A stretch of DNA of 64,000 bases from an uncultured delta proteobacterium (GTDB lineage Bacteria; Desulfobacterota; Desulfomonilia; UBA1062), in contig CAWCTR010000004.1 of NCBI GenBank assembly GCA_963798485.1, positions 320,001-384,000 on the forward strand. The letters are read 5' to 3'. A model generated the notes under the pieces. The model searched no databases, had not been told where the DNA came from, and worked only from the letters and a program-made list of their open reading frames with translations. Each line of letters begins with the position of its first letter. The stretch's first letter is position 1. Shown piece by piece: positions 1 through 8,714 of this stretch. The position numbers and the translations under genes were made by a program.

Positions 1-1479
1 AATGAGGATCTTTTTGGGACATTTAAAACCTGCCAGGTGTTCTTTGCAGTAGGCGATAAGTTCCTTTTCAGTTATGGATACACCCTTTTTCGGTATGACC
101 ACGGCCGCTACGACCTCGATCCATTTGGGGTCCGCAAGCCCGATGACGGCAACCTCTTCTATACCAGGATACTGGTACAGGATTTCTTCGACTTCCCGTG
201 ACGCGACGTTTTCCCCGCCTGTCTTGATCATGTCCTTCTTGCGGTCCACCACATAAAGATACCCGTCCTCGTCGAACCGGCCAAGGTCGCCGCTATGGAA
301 CCAGCCAAAGCTGAAGGCATCTTCCGTTTTCTCGGAATCGTTGAGGTATCCCGTCATGACGTGGCCCGAGCGGTGTACAATCTCTCCGACAGTGCCCAAT
401 GGGACGAAATTCCCGTCATCGTCCATCAGCCGGGTTTCAACGTTGAGCACGGGTTTTCCTGCAGAGCCGGGTTTCAAGAGCTGGTCTTCGGGCTTCAGGA
501 TGGTTGCAACCGGGCCCATCTCGGTCTGGCCGTAGTAGTTCCAGAGCTTCAGCCCTCGGAAGGTGACGGAAAGCTGCTTGATGATCTCAACCGGCATAAT
601 GCTGGCGCCGTAGGCCGCCTTTTTAAGGCTGTTGTGGTTATAGTTCTTGAATTCCTGGTGATTCAAAATTCCGATCCAGACCGTCGGCGGGGCAAACATG
701 TGGGTGATCTGATATTTTTCAATCAATCTGATCATTTCAAAGGGGTCTGCCTTGTGCATGATCACATTGGTGGCCCCGATATACAGATACGGCATGAGGA
801 AGCAATGGAGCTGGGCGCAGTGGAAAAGGGGCAGGGCATGCAGGCTCACATCGTAGGTGTCGTATTGGCCGTCGAAAATACAGCTGTGGTACTGCGACAT
901 GAGTGCCCTGTGCGAGAGCATCGCCCCCTTGGGCTTTGATTCCGTGCCGCTGGTGTAAGGGATCTGGACGATGTCTTCTGCGCTGACTTCGACCCGGGGT
1001 TCATCCAAGGACATGTTCTCCATTTCCGTTATCAGGTTGAAAAAACCGTCGGGAACCATGGAATCACCTAATGGTATGAAGCCCCACTTTTCCACACTGG
1101 TGAATTTTGCCTGGGACTGAGCAATGATCGGGTAGAGGGCGTCCTCGACGATGAAGACCCTCGAACCCGAGTGGTTTATAATATAAGCGATCTCCTCTGC
1201 ATTCAGCATATAGTTGATGGGGACCTGGATTGCACCGATCTTGGCCAGCCCGATCATACTGATTGGATAATAATGGGAGTTGTATGCATAGACCGCGACC
1301 CGGTCGCCTTTTTTGACCCCATACGTTGTCATGAGATTGGCAAAGCGCCTAGCCTCCCGCTCGAGATCAAAAAAGGAGAGCTTCAAGTCACGGAAGATGA
1401 TGGCGGTCCTATCGCCGTATTTGGTAGCCGCCCTTCTGGCCATATCGCCGATCGTATCCCTGTTGATGATATTACTCAT
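1..1479 (-). CDS. AMP-forming acyl-CoA synthetase (long-chain fatty acid-CoA ligase family), runs off window start
   Basis: Hand-translated open frame from ATG 1479 (MSNIINRDTIGD...; GAGGAG upstream). Contains YTSGTESKPKG, YGQTE, GWFHSGDLG and DRKKDMIKTGGENV. Absent from the ORF track because the stop lies outside the window. Confidence 0.92.
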   Translation of the reverse strand, partial: MSNIINRDTIGDMARRAATKYGDRTAIIFRDLKLSFFDLEREARRFANLMTTYGVKKGDRVAVYAYNSHYYPISMIGLAKIGAIQVPINYMLNAEEIAYIINHSGSRVFIVEDALYPIIAQSQAKFTSVEKWGFIPLGDSMVPDGFFNLITEMENMSLDEPRVEVSAEDIVQIPYTSGTESKPKGAMLSHRALMSQYHSCIFDGQYDTYDVSLHALPLFHCAQLHCFLMPYLYIGATNVIMHKADPFEMIRLIEKYQITHMFAPPTVWIGILNHQEFKNYNHNSLKKAAYGASIMPVEIIKQLSVTFRGLKLWNYYGQTEMGPVATILKPEDQLLKPGSAGKPVLNVETRLMDDDGNFVPLGTVGEIVHRSGHVMTGYLNDSEKTEDAFSFGWFHSGDLGRFDEDGYLYVVDRKKDMIKTGGENVASREVEEILYQYPGIEEVAVIGLADPKWIEVVAAVVIPKKGVSITEKELIAYCKEHLAGFKCPKKILI

Positions 1480-1655
1480 TGCTTCATCTCCTCTTATTAT
1501 AGGGCTCAATCCGGGCCGTCATTTTCTGGGAAGATGAATTATAACGAACTTTGACCGGAGAGTCAATTTATTGGGGAGAGATTTGTTTATTCCACAGGAT
1601 GCAAGACCTCCCAGTCAAATGCCCATATTAACTAATAAAGGGTGTAAGCCCCGTT

Positions 1656-1991
1656 TTAGGCAGTGCCTTCCGGCAGGTAATCCTCCCGTACCGGTGAAAA
1701 GACTTCTATGGCTACAGAGTCCTCAAGGATCTCTGCCCCGTGCTCGACATTACCGGGAATACACCAGCTATCGCCCGCTTCCGCCTCGAATGTCCTTCCC
1801 CTTATGGAGAGCATGATCCGCCCTGAGAGGAGATAGCCTGTCTGTTCATGGGGATGTTCATGCTTGGGCAGGACACTTCCTTTATCCAGCAGGAATTCCG
1901 TGAAAAGGGTCTTGTCGCCAAAGACAAGGGTTTTCATTCTGATACCTGCAAGGGCTTGCTTATAGCCGCGGCTGTTTCTCTTGGAGAACAT
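1656..1991 (-). CDS. Cupin domain protein
   Basis: Cupin motifs LPKHEHPHEQTGYLLSG and GDSWCIPGNVEH; GGAGG RBS. Confidence 0.88.
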   Translation of the reverse strand: MFSKRNSRGYKQALAGIRMKTLVFGDKTLFTEFLLDKGSVLPKHEHPHEQTGYLLSGRIMLSIRGRTFEAEAGDSWCIPGNVEHGAEILEDSVAIEVFSPVREDYLPEGTA

Positions 1992-2117
1992 CTGGCCTAC
2001 TTCCTCCCTTCATTTTCTGTTAGCCGTCGCAAGTTTCCCTGTAATTGATAGCATAATGTTCAAGTACTTTAGTGCCACATAGATAGCAGTTGTTATTTCT
2101 TAGTGTGAATTTTTTAC

Positions 2118-2834
2118 CTAAAACAAATTTGCCTTCTTGATGAAATCTTGAAAGCCCTCCCGTTCGCATTTGAATGCCTCATCAAAGGATACTTCATTGC
2201 GTTTCTCGATCAAGGCCTTAATCTGAAGCATGATGTCATAATTGACCGCGCATATGTCCTGTGCGATCTGCTTGGCCCGGGGCACCAACTCCCCATGGGG
2301 AACCACCTCGTTGACCAGAGCGCACCTGAGCGCATCCTGGGCTGATAGGGGCTTGCATGTGAACGACAGCTGCTTGGCGAGGCGTTGGCCGACCGAACGC
2401 TGCAGTAACTGGGTCATCCCCCACCCCGGGTGGATGCCTACCTTTGCATGGGAATCGGTGAACCGGGCATTCTCAGAGGCGATGAGAAAATCGCACTGCA
2501 TGGCAAGCTCGAACCCTCCGGTGATGGCATTGCCGTTGATAGCCCCTATGATGGGTTTGTTGCACGAAGCAAAGACATCCGGCATATCTTTCCCATCGCC
2601 CCGCGGATCAAGGAGATTATCCTTGCCGATGACACCAAGATCTATACCGGAGCAGAATGACTTGCCGTTGCCGGTAAGGATCGCAACCTTTATATCGCTA
2701 TTGCGCGCAACTTCATCGATAGAATTGTACAGGTTTATGAGCAAGTCCTGACAGATGGAATTGTGCCTTTCAGGTCGGTTCAGGGTAATCAGCGCAACCC
2801 GGCCTACTACTTCAAACAATACGGTTTTATCCAC
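2118..2834 (-). CDS. Enoyl-CoA hydratase/isomerase (crotonase) family
   Basis: ITLNRPERHN, FCSGIDL, KPIIGAING.AITGGFELAMQCD; GTG start after AAGGAG. Confidence 0.9.
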   Translation of the reverse strand: MDKTVLFEVVGRVALITLNRPERHNSICQDLLINLYNSIDEVARNSDIKVAILTGNGKSFCSGIDLGVIGKDNLLDPRGDGKDMPDVFASCNKPIIGAINGNAITGGFELAMQCDFLIASENARFTDSHAKVGIHPGWGMTQLLQRSVGQRLAKQLSFTCKPLSAQDALRCALVNEVVPHGELVPRAKQIAQDICAVNYDIMLQIKALIEKRNEVSFDEAFKCEREGFQDFIKKANLF

Positions 2835-3067
2835 GATGTGACTCCTTTCTCTAAAGGATAATGGGGACATTTATTCAAGTTTCACTTATAAACCCTTCCT
2901 TCAAATACGGGTAGGTTTTTATCGGTATAACGCATTTTCTCGCATGACGATTATCAAGAAAAAGGTACAAATTGGTTTCTGATTTAATTTTTTTTGAGTA
3001 AATGCCGAACTAGTTATGAAATTGTGAATTGTACCGTTGATACTATTAATTATGCCCAGGAGGGCGG

Positions 3068-3475
3068 ATGGAGCAGATAAAAGTAGTATTGCGTTACTTG
3101 GATGGCAGAGTTTTCAAGGGCTACACTCAGGATTTTAATCAGACACGGCCCAGTTTTCATTTTCAAAAGAATACCACTGATAGTTCAACCAATAACTCGA
3201 TGTTGATAGAGGTCAAAGATCTCAAGGCATTATTCTTTGTGAAAACATTTGAGGGTGATAAGGAATATAATGAGCGTAAAGAGTTTATCACAGGGGACCT
3301 GCCCCAAGGACGCAAGGTAGAGGTTACTTTTGTAGATGGAGAGATCATTCGGGGATCAACGGTAGGTTATGATCCGCAACGCCCTGGTTTTTTTCTATTG
3401 CCCGTAGATAAGGGCAGTAATAATATTCGAATCTTTGTGGTTACCGCTGCTGTAAAAAACTTCCGGTTTTTATAA
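3068..3475 (+). CDS. Conserved hypothetical protein (DUF6982-like, internally duplicated beta domain)
   Basis: Two similar halves (KVVLRYLDGRVFKGYTQDF / KVEVTFVDGEIIRGSTVGY); GGAGG RBS; family recognised from memory. Confidence 0.7.
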   Translation: MEQIKVVLRYLDGRVFKGYTQDFNQTRPSFHFQKNTTDSSTNNSMLIEVKDLKALFFVKTFEGDKEYNERKEFITGDLPQGRKVEVTFVDGEIIRGSTVGYDPQRPGFFLLPVDKGSNNIRIFVVTAAVKNFRFL

Positions 3476-3506
3476 TGAGAATGAATACACGATTAAATCT
3501 TAATGG

Positions 3507-5414
3507 TCAGGTATTGAATTTTGCAGCCAGTTCTTCGAGTTCATCCCAACGGCGGTAAGCCTCTTCCAGTTCTTTTTCCAGTGCCTCCAGTTTGTCGTTT
3601 GTTGCGTGAATCGTCCTGGCATCCGTGCCTACCTGGAACGCAGGATCATTGAGGGTTGTGAGGAGAAGATTCTTCTCCTCTTCCATGCCCTCAATCCTCA
3701 GTGGCAGCCCTTCAAGCTCGCGCGATTCCTTATAGGAGAGTTTTTTCTTCTCCTTGATGGGCCTTTCTCTTTTCTGCTTCTCGTCCTTTAATGTTATCTC
3801 TACTTGGGGTTCCTTCATCGGGCGCTGCATGAGCCAGTCATCATAGCCGCCCACATATTCCTGCAGGCGGCCCGCACCCTCGAATACGATGGTGGAGGTT
3901 ACAACATTGTTCAGGAAGACCCTGTCATGGCTTACCATCAGTACCGTGCCGCCGAAGTCCACCAGCCGGTCTTCAAGCATATCCAGGGTTTCGGCATCGA
4001 GGTCGTTGGTCGGCTCATCCAGGACCAGCACGTTGGATGGGGCGCTGAAGAGCTTGGCCAGCAGAAGACGGTTACGTTCCCCGCCTGAAAGGGTCCTGAC
4101 TTGTGACATGATCTGTTCGGCAGAGAAGAGGAAATCCTGGAGATAGCCCACGATATGCCGTGGCATGCCACCTACGATGACCTGGTCGCTGCCGGGCGCG
4201 ACATTCTCCTTGAGGGTCTTGTTCTCATCGAGCTGGGCCCTGAGCTGGTCAAAGTAGGCGATTTTAATTTTTGTGCCGAGACGGACATGGCCCTCTCGTG
4301 GCTTGATTTCACCAAGCAGGAGCTTCAGCAGGGTTGTCTTACCGCTCCCGTTGGGCCCCATGATGCCCACCTTGTCCCCTCGCATGATGGTGGTGGAAAA
4401 GGTTTTCATGAGGATGTTTTCTCCATAGGCAAAGCTGATATTCTTGGCGTCGGCAACCAACCGGCCGCTTCTTTCAGCCTCCTGGATCACGAGACGGGCT
4501 CTGCCCTCCTGCTCCCGCCTGAGGGCGCGTTCCTGGCGCATGTGCATCAAGGCTCGAACCCGGCCCTCGTTCCTGGTACGGCGCGCCTCAAGGCCCCGCC
4601 TGACCCAGATCTCCTCTTTGGCCAGCTTCTTGTCAAAATCAAGCCTGTGGTTCTCCTCCTCTTCCAGCATTGCCTGCCGGCGTTCGAGGTAGGTTCCGTA
4701 ATCACAGGCAAAGGATAACAAGCGGCCGCGGTCTATCTCCACGATGCGTAGTGCGAGTTTCCTCAGAAAGGCCCGGTCATGGCTGACAAACATGATTGTG
4801 TTATCATACCTGAGGAGAAAATCCTCAAGCCAGAGGATGGAGCCGATATCCAGATGGTTCGTGGGCTCATCCAACAGGAGCATGTCCGGATCGTTCACCA
4901 GTGCCCTGGCAAGAAAAACCCTGCGTTTCAATCCTGCAGAGAGATATTTAAATTCGGCGTTCTCATCCAAGTCGGTCTTCGTAATCACCGTCTCAACCTT
5001 TTGGTGATAATCCCAGGCCCCGGAGGACTCCAGATGGTGCTGGACCTGTTCAATCCTCCTGATGAGGCCCGTGTCATCACCTTGATGCGAAAGCCGCAGC
5101 GTGAGGTCGTGGTATTCCCTGAGCAGATCAATATGAACGCTCACACCTGAAGCCACGACATCATAGACAGTCCCGGCCAAGTCATCCGGTACATCCTGGG
5201 GCAGCATGGAGGTTCTGATATCGCCGTTTCTGATTATAGTGCCTTGATCCGGAGCTATTTCACCGCTGATCATCTTCATGAGGGTGGACTTGCCTGAACC
5301 GTTCCGGCCCAGAAGGCCTATCCTTTCTCCCGGTTCGATCTGAAGTGCCGCATTATCCAGGAGCAATGGGCCGCCAAAGCTTATGGAAACATTATTGATC
5401 CGTAACAGGGCCAT
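3507..5414 (-). CDS. uup: ABC-F family ATPase Uup
   Basis: Two ABC cassettes (GRNGSGKST, GPNGSGKTT, LDEPTN x2), linker ARRTRNEGRVRAL, C-terminal KKLSYKE coiled coil. Confidence 0.9.
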   Translation of the reverse strand: MALLRINNVSISFGGPLLLDNAALQIEPGERIGLLGRNGSGKSTLMKMISGEIAPDQGTIIRNGDIRTSMLPQDVPDDLAGTVYDVVASGVSVHIDLLREYHDLTLRLSHQGDDTGLIRRIEQVQHHLESSGAWDYHQKVETVITKTDLDENAEFKYLSAGLKRRVFLARALVNDPDMLLLDEPTNHLDIGSILWLEDFLLRYDNTIMFVSHDRAFLRKLALRIVEIDRGRLLSFACDYGTYLERRQAMLEEEENHRLDFDKKLAKEEIWVRRGLEARRTRNEGRVRALMHMRQERALRREQEGRARLVIQEAERSGRLVADAKNISFAYGENILMKTFSTTIMRGDKVGIMGPNGSGKTTLLKLLLGEIKPREGHVRLGTKIKIAYFDQLRAQLDENKTLKENVAPGSDQVIVGGMPRHIVGYLQDFLFSAEQIMSQVRTLSGGERNRLLLAKLFSAPSNVLVLDEPTNDLDAETLDMLEDRLVDFGGTVLMVSHDRVFLNNVVTSTIVFEGAGRLQEYVGGYDDWLMQRPMKEPQVEITLKDEKQKRERPIKEKKKLSYKESRELEGLPLRIEGMEEEKNLLLTTLNDPAFQVGTDARTIHATNDKLEALEKELEEAYRRWDELEELAAKFNT

Positions 5415-5632
5415 AGATGGGCTGGTCTTTTCAGCAGGTCATTGAAAATATAAAACAAGGATCCGATTCATCAGTTGATCACCTTCAGAAACTTCACCAG
5501 CAGAAGACCAACCAAAAAAATAAGGTAGAATCGTATGAAATACAAAGCAAACTTGCTCATCCTTGTCATCTTCACACGCGGCATATTCGTCTCTCCATAA
5601 CTGTTTGCAGGTCTCTACCCCTTGAGGGGCTG

Positions 5633-6919
5633 CTATTGCGATATGAGATTATCAATATCATTGTGATAGAGCACCCCAAGGATTCGGTCGTTCCTGTCTA
5701 CAACAGGAATCATGTGGTATTGGTACTTCACGAACATTTCCACCAGATCATCCTGTACATCATCCTCCTCTGCTGAGACCACCGGCGAGGCCATGACATC
5801 GCCCATGGTCAGATGCCCCTGTGCAAGAACCAGATCGCGGAGATCAACCACCCCGAGCAGGGTTTCGCCGTCGCCATTGACAACATAGATATATGAGATG
5901 CTCTTGGGATCTCTGCCGGAACCCCTTATCGTGACAAAGAAATCGCTGACCTTATCCGTCTTCTGTGCAACAACATAATCGGAAGACATGATATTCCTCG
6001 CCTGGATCTCACGCTGTGAAAGGATGTTGCGGACACGTTCAGCCTGATCCTTGCTCAGGTAGGCCATAAGTTCGGTTACATCGTCGTGCGGCAGGACCGT
6101 AAAGAGACCTGCCAGCTGCGGGGTCGACATCTCCGATAGGATCTTGCGGGCCTTTTCCTCCCTCAGGTTGGCGATGATCTGCCGCTGTGCCCTGGGCTCC
6201 GCCTCCATCAGGGTTTCAGCCGCCTTTTCATTATCAAGGGCCGAGAAGAGCACCTGCTGCTCGTCACCCGGCAGTTCCTCCAGGAAATCCGCCAGATCTT
6301 CACTGGGGAGTTCCAACATCTGCTTTTTCGTGACCGAGAGCGCCACCTTGTCCGTAGAGACGGCGTCCTCAACAGACAGAGGCTGTATATATTTCCATGA
6401 GATGAGGTTGCTGGTCACCAGCTCAAATCTTCCCAGGCCCCACCTTCGGAAGAAACCGCCGAAGGAGACATCGACATGGATAAGGAGTAACAGCCCCCGT
6501 GTTTCAAGAAAATGGACATCATTAACCACCTCTACCTGCCTACCGTCGATGTCGAGAACGGTCTTACCCATGAGATGCTTGTCCATGAGTATCCAACCCG
6601 CCTGATCTACAAAAGGAGGGAAGACATCGCCACTATCCGGCGGCCTGACGAAGATGGCATCATCTTCAATCTTTATTACCTTTGACCATGGTATGAACTC
6701 GGTGGGTTTTCCCCATCCGTGCTCTATATAGATACCAACCGCTTCCGGATATGGCTCTTTATGGAGGAAGACAAGGTCGGTCAGTTTTCCGATGCGGTTC
6801 TTGATCTGTTCTCTGCATACCGGCAGCTTGAGCAGCTCCGAGAAGAAGAGAAACCTGAACTGCTCGAATCCGGGATGCTGGTCAACAACTTTCGTCTTAG
6901 AGTTTTTATCCGTTATCAT
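5633..6919 (-). CDS. Soluble PRC-barrel/MgtE-N/CBS protein (MgtE cytosolic part, no TM domain)
   Basis: PRC-like segments (FIPWSKV, DIDGRQVEVVNDV), MgtE-N helical repeats (EDLADFLEEL), CBS pair (ISYIYVV, GVVDLRDL, IPVVD); no hydrophobic helices. Confidence 0.82.
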   Translation of the reverse strand: MITDKNSKTKVVDQHPGFEQFRFLFFSELLKLPVCREQIKNRIGKLTDLVFLHKEPYPEAVGIYIEHGWGKPTEFIPWSKVIKIEDDAIFVRPPDSGDVFPPFVDQAGWILMDKHLMGKTVLDIDGRQVEVVNDVHFLETRGLLLLIHVDVSFGGFFRRWGLGRFELVTSNLISWKYIQPLSVEDAVSTDKVALSVTKKQMLELPSEDLADFLEELPGDEQQVLFSALDNEKAAETLMEAEPRAQRQIIANLREEKARKILSEMSTPQLAGLFTVLPHDDVTELMAYLSKDQAERVRNILSQREIQARNIMSSDYVVAQKTDKVSDFFVTIRGSGRDPKSISYIYVVNGDGETLLGVVDLRDLVLAQGHLTMGDVMASPVVSAEEDDVQDDLVEMFVKYQYHMIPVVDRNDRILGVLYHNDIDNLISQ

Positions 6920-6938
6920 TTGCCTACCTCTCTGCTAC

Positions 6939-8246
6939 TCATGTGAATAAACTCGGGAACAGAGTTCCTATGCCCATCAAAGAGGACATGATGATAACAA
7001 AAATAACAATACCCCAATTGATGATGTTCTGTGAGCGCGTATTTACATATTCCCCCATAAATGCAGGATCATTCAGAAGAAGCAGGAGAAAGACCAGCGT
7101 AGCAGGCAAGAGAGTGACAGCCACTACCTGCACGAACATGGTGATGGTAACGAGCGGTGCATTGGGAATGAGTACGACTGCTCCGGAAGTGAGAAGCATA
7201 AACAGGTAAATCAGGTAAAACCAGGGAGCATCCTTGACTCTCTGGTTCAGGGAATGCGCCCATCCGAAGACCTCGCCTACGGCCCATGATGTGGAGAGCG
7301 ATATGCACAGTGCACCCAAAAATCCGGCATCAAAAAGACCTATGGCAAAAAGTTTACGGGCAAGATGTCCTTGTCCTAGAGGGAGGAGGGGCACAATCGC
7401 TTCAGCTGTCTGACGTGCATCTTGAATGGAGATGGGTGGCCTGTGATAGAAAAAGGCAGCGCTTGCTGCGATAATAATAAAGACGGCAACGAGGCAAGTG
7501 AGAAAAGAACCTACGAGTGTCTCCAGTTTTCCGAAACCGACATCATGGATATCGAGTCCCTTGTCCACGACGGCACTCTGCTGGAAGAAGATCATCCACG
7601 GGGCAATGGTGGTTCCGATGTTGGCTAGTATGATAAAGATAAGCTCCATGGAAAATCCGCCCATGGCCGGGTTGTAAAATCCTTTTAATACCTCGCTCCA
7701 TGCCGGTGCCGTGGGCGTTTTCATGGCCCAAAAGGCGGCCGGGATGTAGACGAGATTGAAACAGCAGAAGAAAAGGGTGAGTTTTTCAAAGGTCCAGTAT
7801 TGACCGGTGAGAACAACAGTGAAAAGGATTGCGGTCACGGCAATGAATGTCAGCCATGGAGGTATCCCGAACATGCTCATGGCAGCGATCATACCCACGT
7901 ATTCCGTAACCAGTGTGAGCCAGTTGGTAACGATCAGGTCCCCAAGGGAGAACCAGCCCCAGAAAGGACCGAAGCCTTCAAAAATGGCTTCAGCGTTGCC
8001 ACGCTTCGATACTGCACCCAAGCGGACGGTCATCTCCTGGACGTAATACGCCATGGGCAGGAGGATGACAAACATCCACAGGAGCGAGAAGCCGTATTTT
8101 GATCCGGTGACGGCATAGGTGGAGATGCCGCCGGCATCGTTGTCGGCTATCATGACGATAATACCGGGACCGAGGACAGAGAGGAAGATGATGAACCTTT
8201 TGCGGAACCTGTCAAGATAGTGGAAGGTTTTACTCAGCCAATACAT
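6939..8246 (-). CDS. NRAMP-family divalent cation transporter (probable Mg2+-type subfamily)
   Basis: LGPG...DNDAGGISTY, QEMTVRLG, GTTIAPWMIFFQQS; about 11 hydrophobic helices. Confidence 0.88.
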   Translation of the reverse strand: MYWLSKTFHYLDRFRKRFIIFLSVLGPGIIVMIADNDAGGISTYAVTGSKYGFSLLWMFVILLPMAYYVQEMTVRLGAVSKRGNAEAIFEGFGPFWGWFSLGDLIVTNWLTLVTEYVGMIAAMSMFGIPPWLTFIAVTAILFTVVLTGQYWTFEKLTLFFCCFNLVYIPAAFWAMKTPTAPAWSEVLKGFYNPAMGGFSMELIFIILANIGTTIAPWMIFFQQSAVVDKGLDIHDVGFGKLETLVGSFLTCLVAVFIIIAASAAFFYHRPPISIQDARQTAEAIVPLLPLGQGHLARKLFAIGLFDAGFLGALCISLSTSWAVGEVFGWAHSLNQRVKDAPWFYLIYLFMLLTSGAVVLIPNAPLVTITMFVQVVAVTLLPATLVFLLLLLNDPAFMGEYVNTRSQNIINWGIVIFVIIMSSLMGIGTLFPSLFT

Positions 8247-8340
8247 AGCTAAAACCTTTAATAATTATAGATTGATACGAACATCGAGATGTTTTTATAA
8301 TCTCTCCCGATACCCTGAAATAGATGAGTTGGTGTAATCT

Positions 8341-8471
8341 CAGCATACATCCACACCCCGATCGTATCTCTCGACAGGATCGACCGGATTTCGTAAGGAA
8401 TGTGTATGCTACGGATCCGGCACGATCATCTCTCCCTTGCCCTTGGACAGACGATCCATGCCGGGCAAGGG
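8341..8471 (-). promoter_or_regulatory. Structured 5' leader with mutually exclusive hairpins
   Basis: 8434-8442 pairs with 8463-8471; alternatively 8417-8427 pairs with 8453-8464. A long stem closes with 8342-8349 / 8403-8410. Confidence 0.5.
8409..8429 (-). other. Candidate leader micro-ORF MIVPDP
   Basis: ATG ATC GTG CCG GAT CCG TAG. A GGGAGAG purine tract directly upstream partly overlaps the 3' arm of a hairpin. Confidence 0.3.
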
Positions 8472-8510
8472 TTAAAATCTATGACTAGTGCTGCCTTCGT
8501 CATTACTCAT
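8472..8510 (-). other. Candidate leader peptide MSNDEGSTSHRF
   Basis: 13-codon ORF preceded by GGGAGAGG. Its stop abuts the stem CCCTTGCCC/GGGCAAGGG. Confidence 0.45.
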
Positions 8511-8675
8511 GATAGCCTCTCCCTAGCACAGTGAAAAGGGACAGTCAAAGGTGAAAATTCACAAAACATCCATCAGTAAGTTCAATCCTCTATGATAATA
8601 TTCCGGTTTGCGATTAGGTGATAATTATTCATGCTGCCATACATGTTGAATGAGGGGGGACTCTTAAAAGGTATT

Positions 8676-8708
8676 ACTACGGGTACGCGTGTTAGGCGTA
8701 CCCGTAGT
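8676..8708 (-). terminator. Hairpin after the dehydratase gene
   Basis: ACTACGGGTACGC-N7-GCGTACCCGTAGT, a perfect 13-bp stem 6 nt past the stop; no clear U-tract. Confidence 0.6.
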
Positions 8709-8714
8709 GGAGGC

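Noticed and set aside
295-939. Long antisense or alternate-frame ORFs (also 14477-15313, 17569-18345, 18267-19169, 23882-24682, 47880-48701)
   Set aside because: Shadows of well-supported genes on the other strand, with no motifs of their own.
5536-5601. Short ORF MKYKANLLILVIFTRGIFVSP resembling a signal-peptide stub
   Set aside because: Only 21 codons with no supporting continuation; could be chance or a tiny remnant.
8341-8530. M-box (ykoK) riboswitch
   Set aside because: Only short resemblances (TAGG.GAGGCT, TGTCGAGAGA); the order, spacing and remaining conserved core do not fit. A covariance-model search is needed to exclude it formally.
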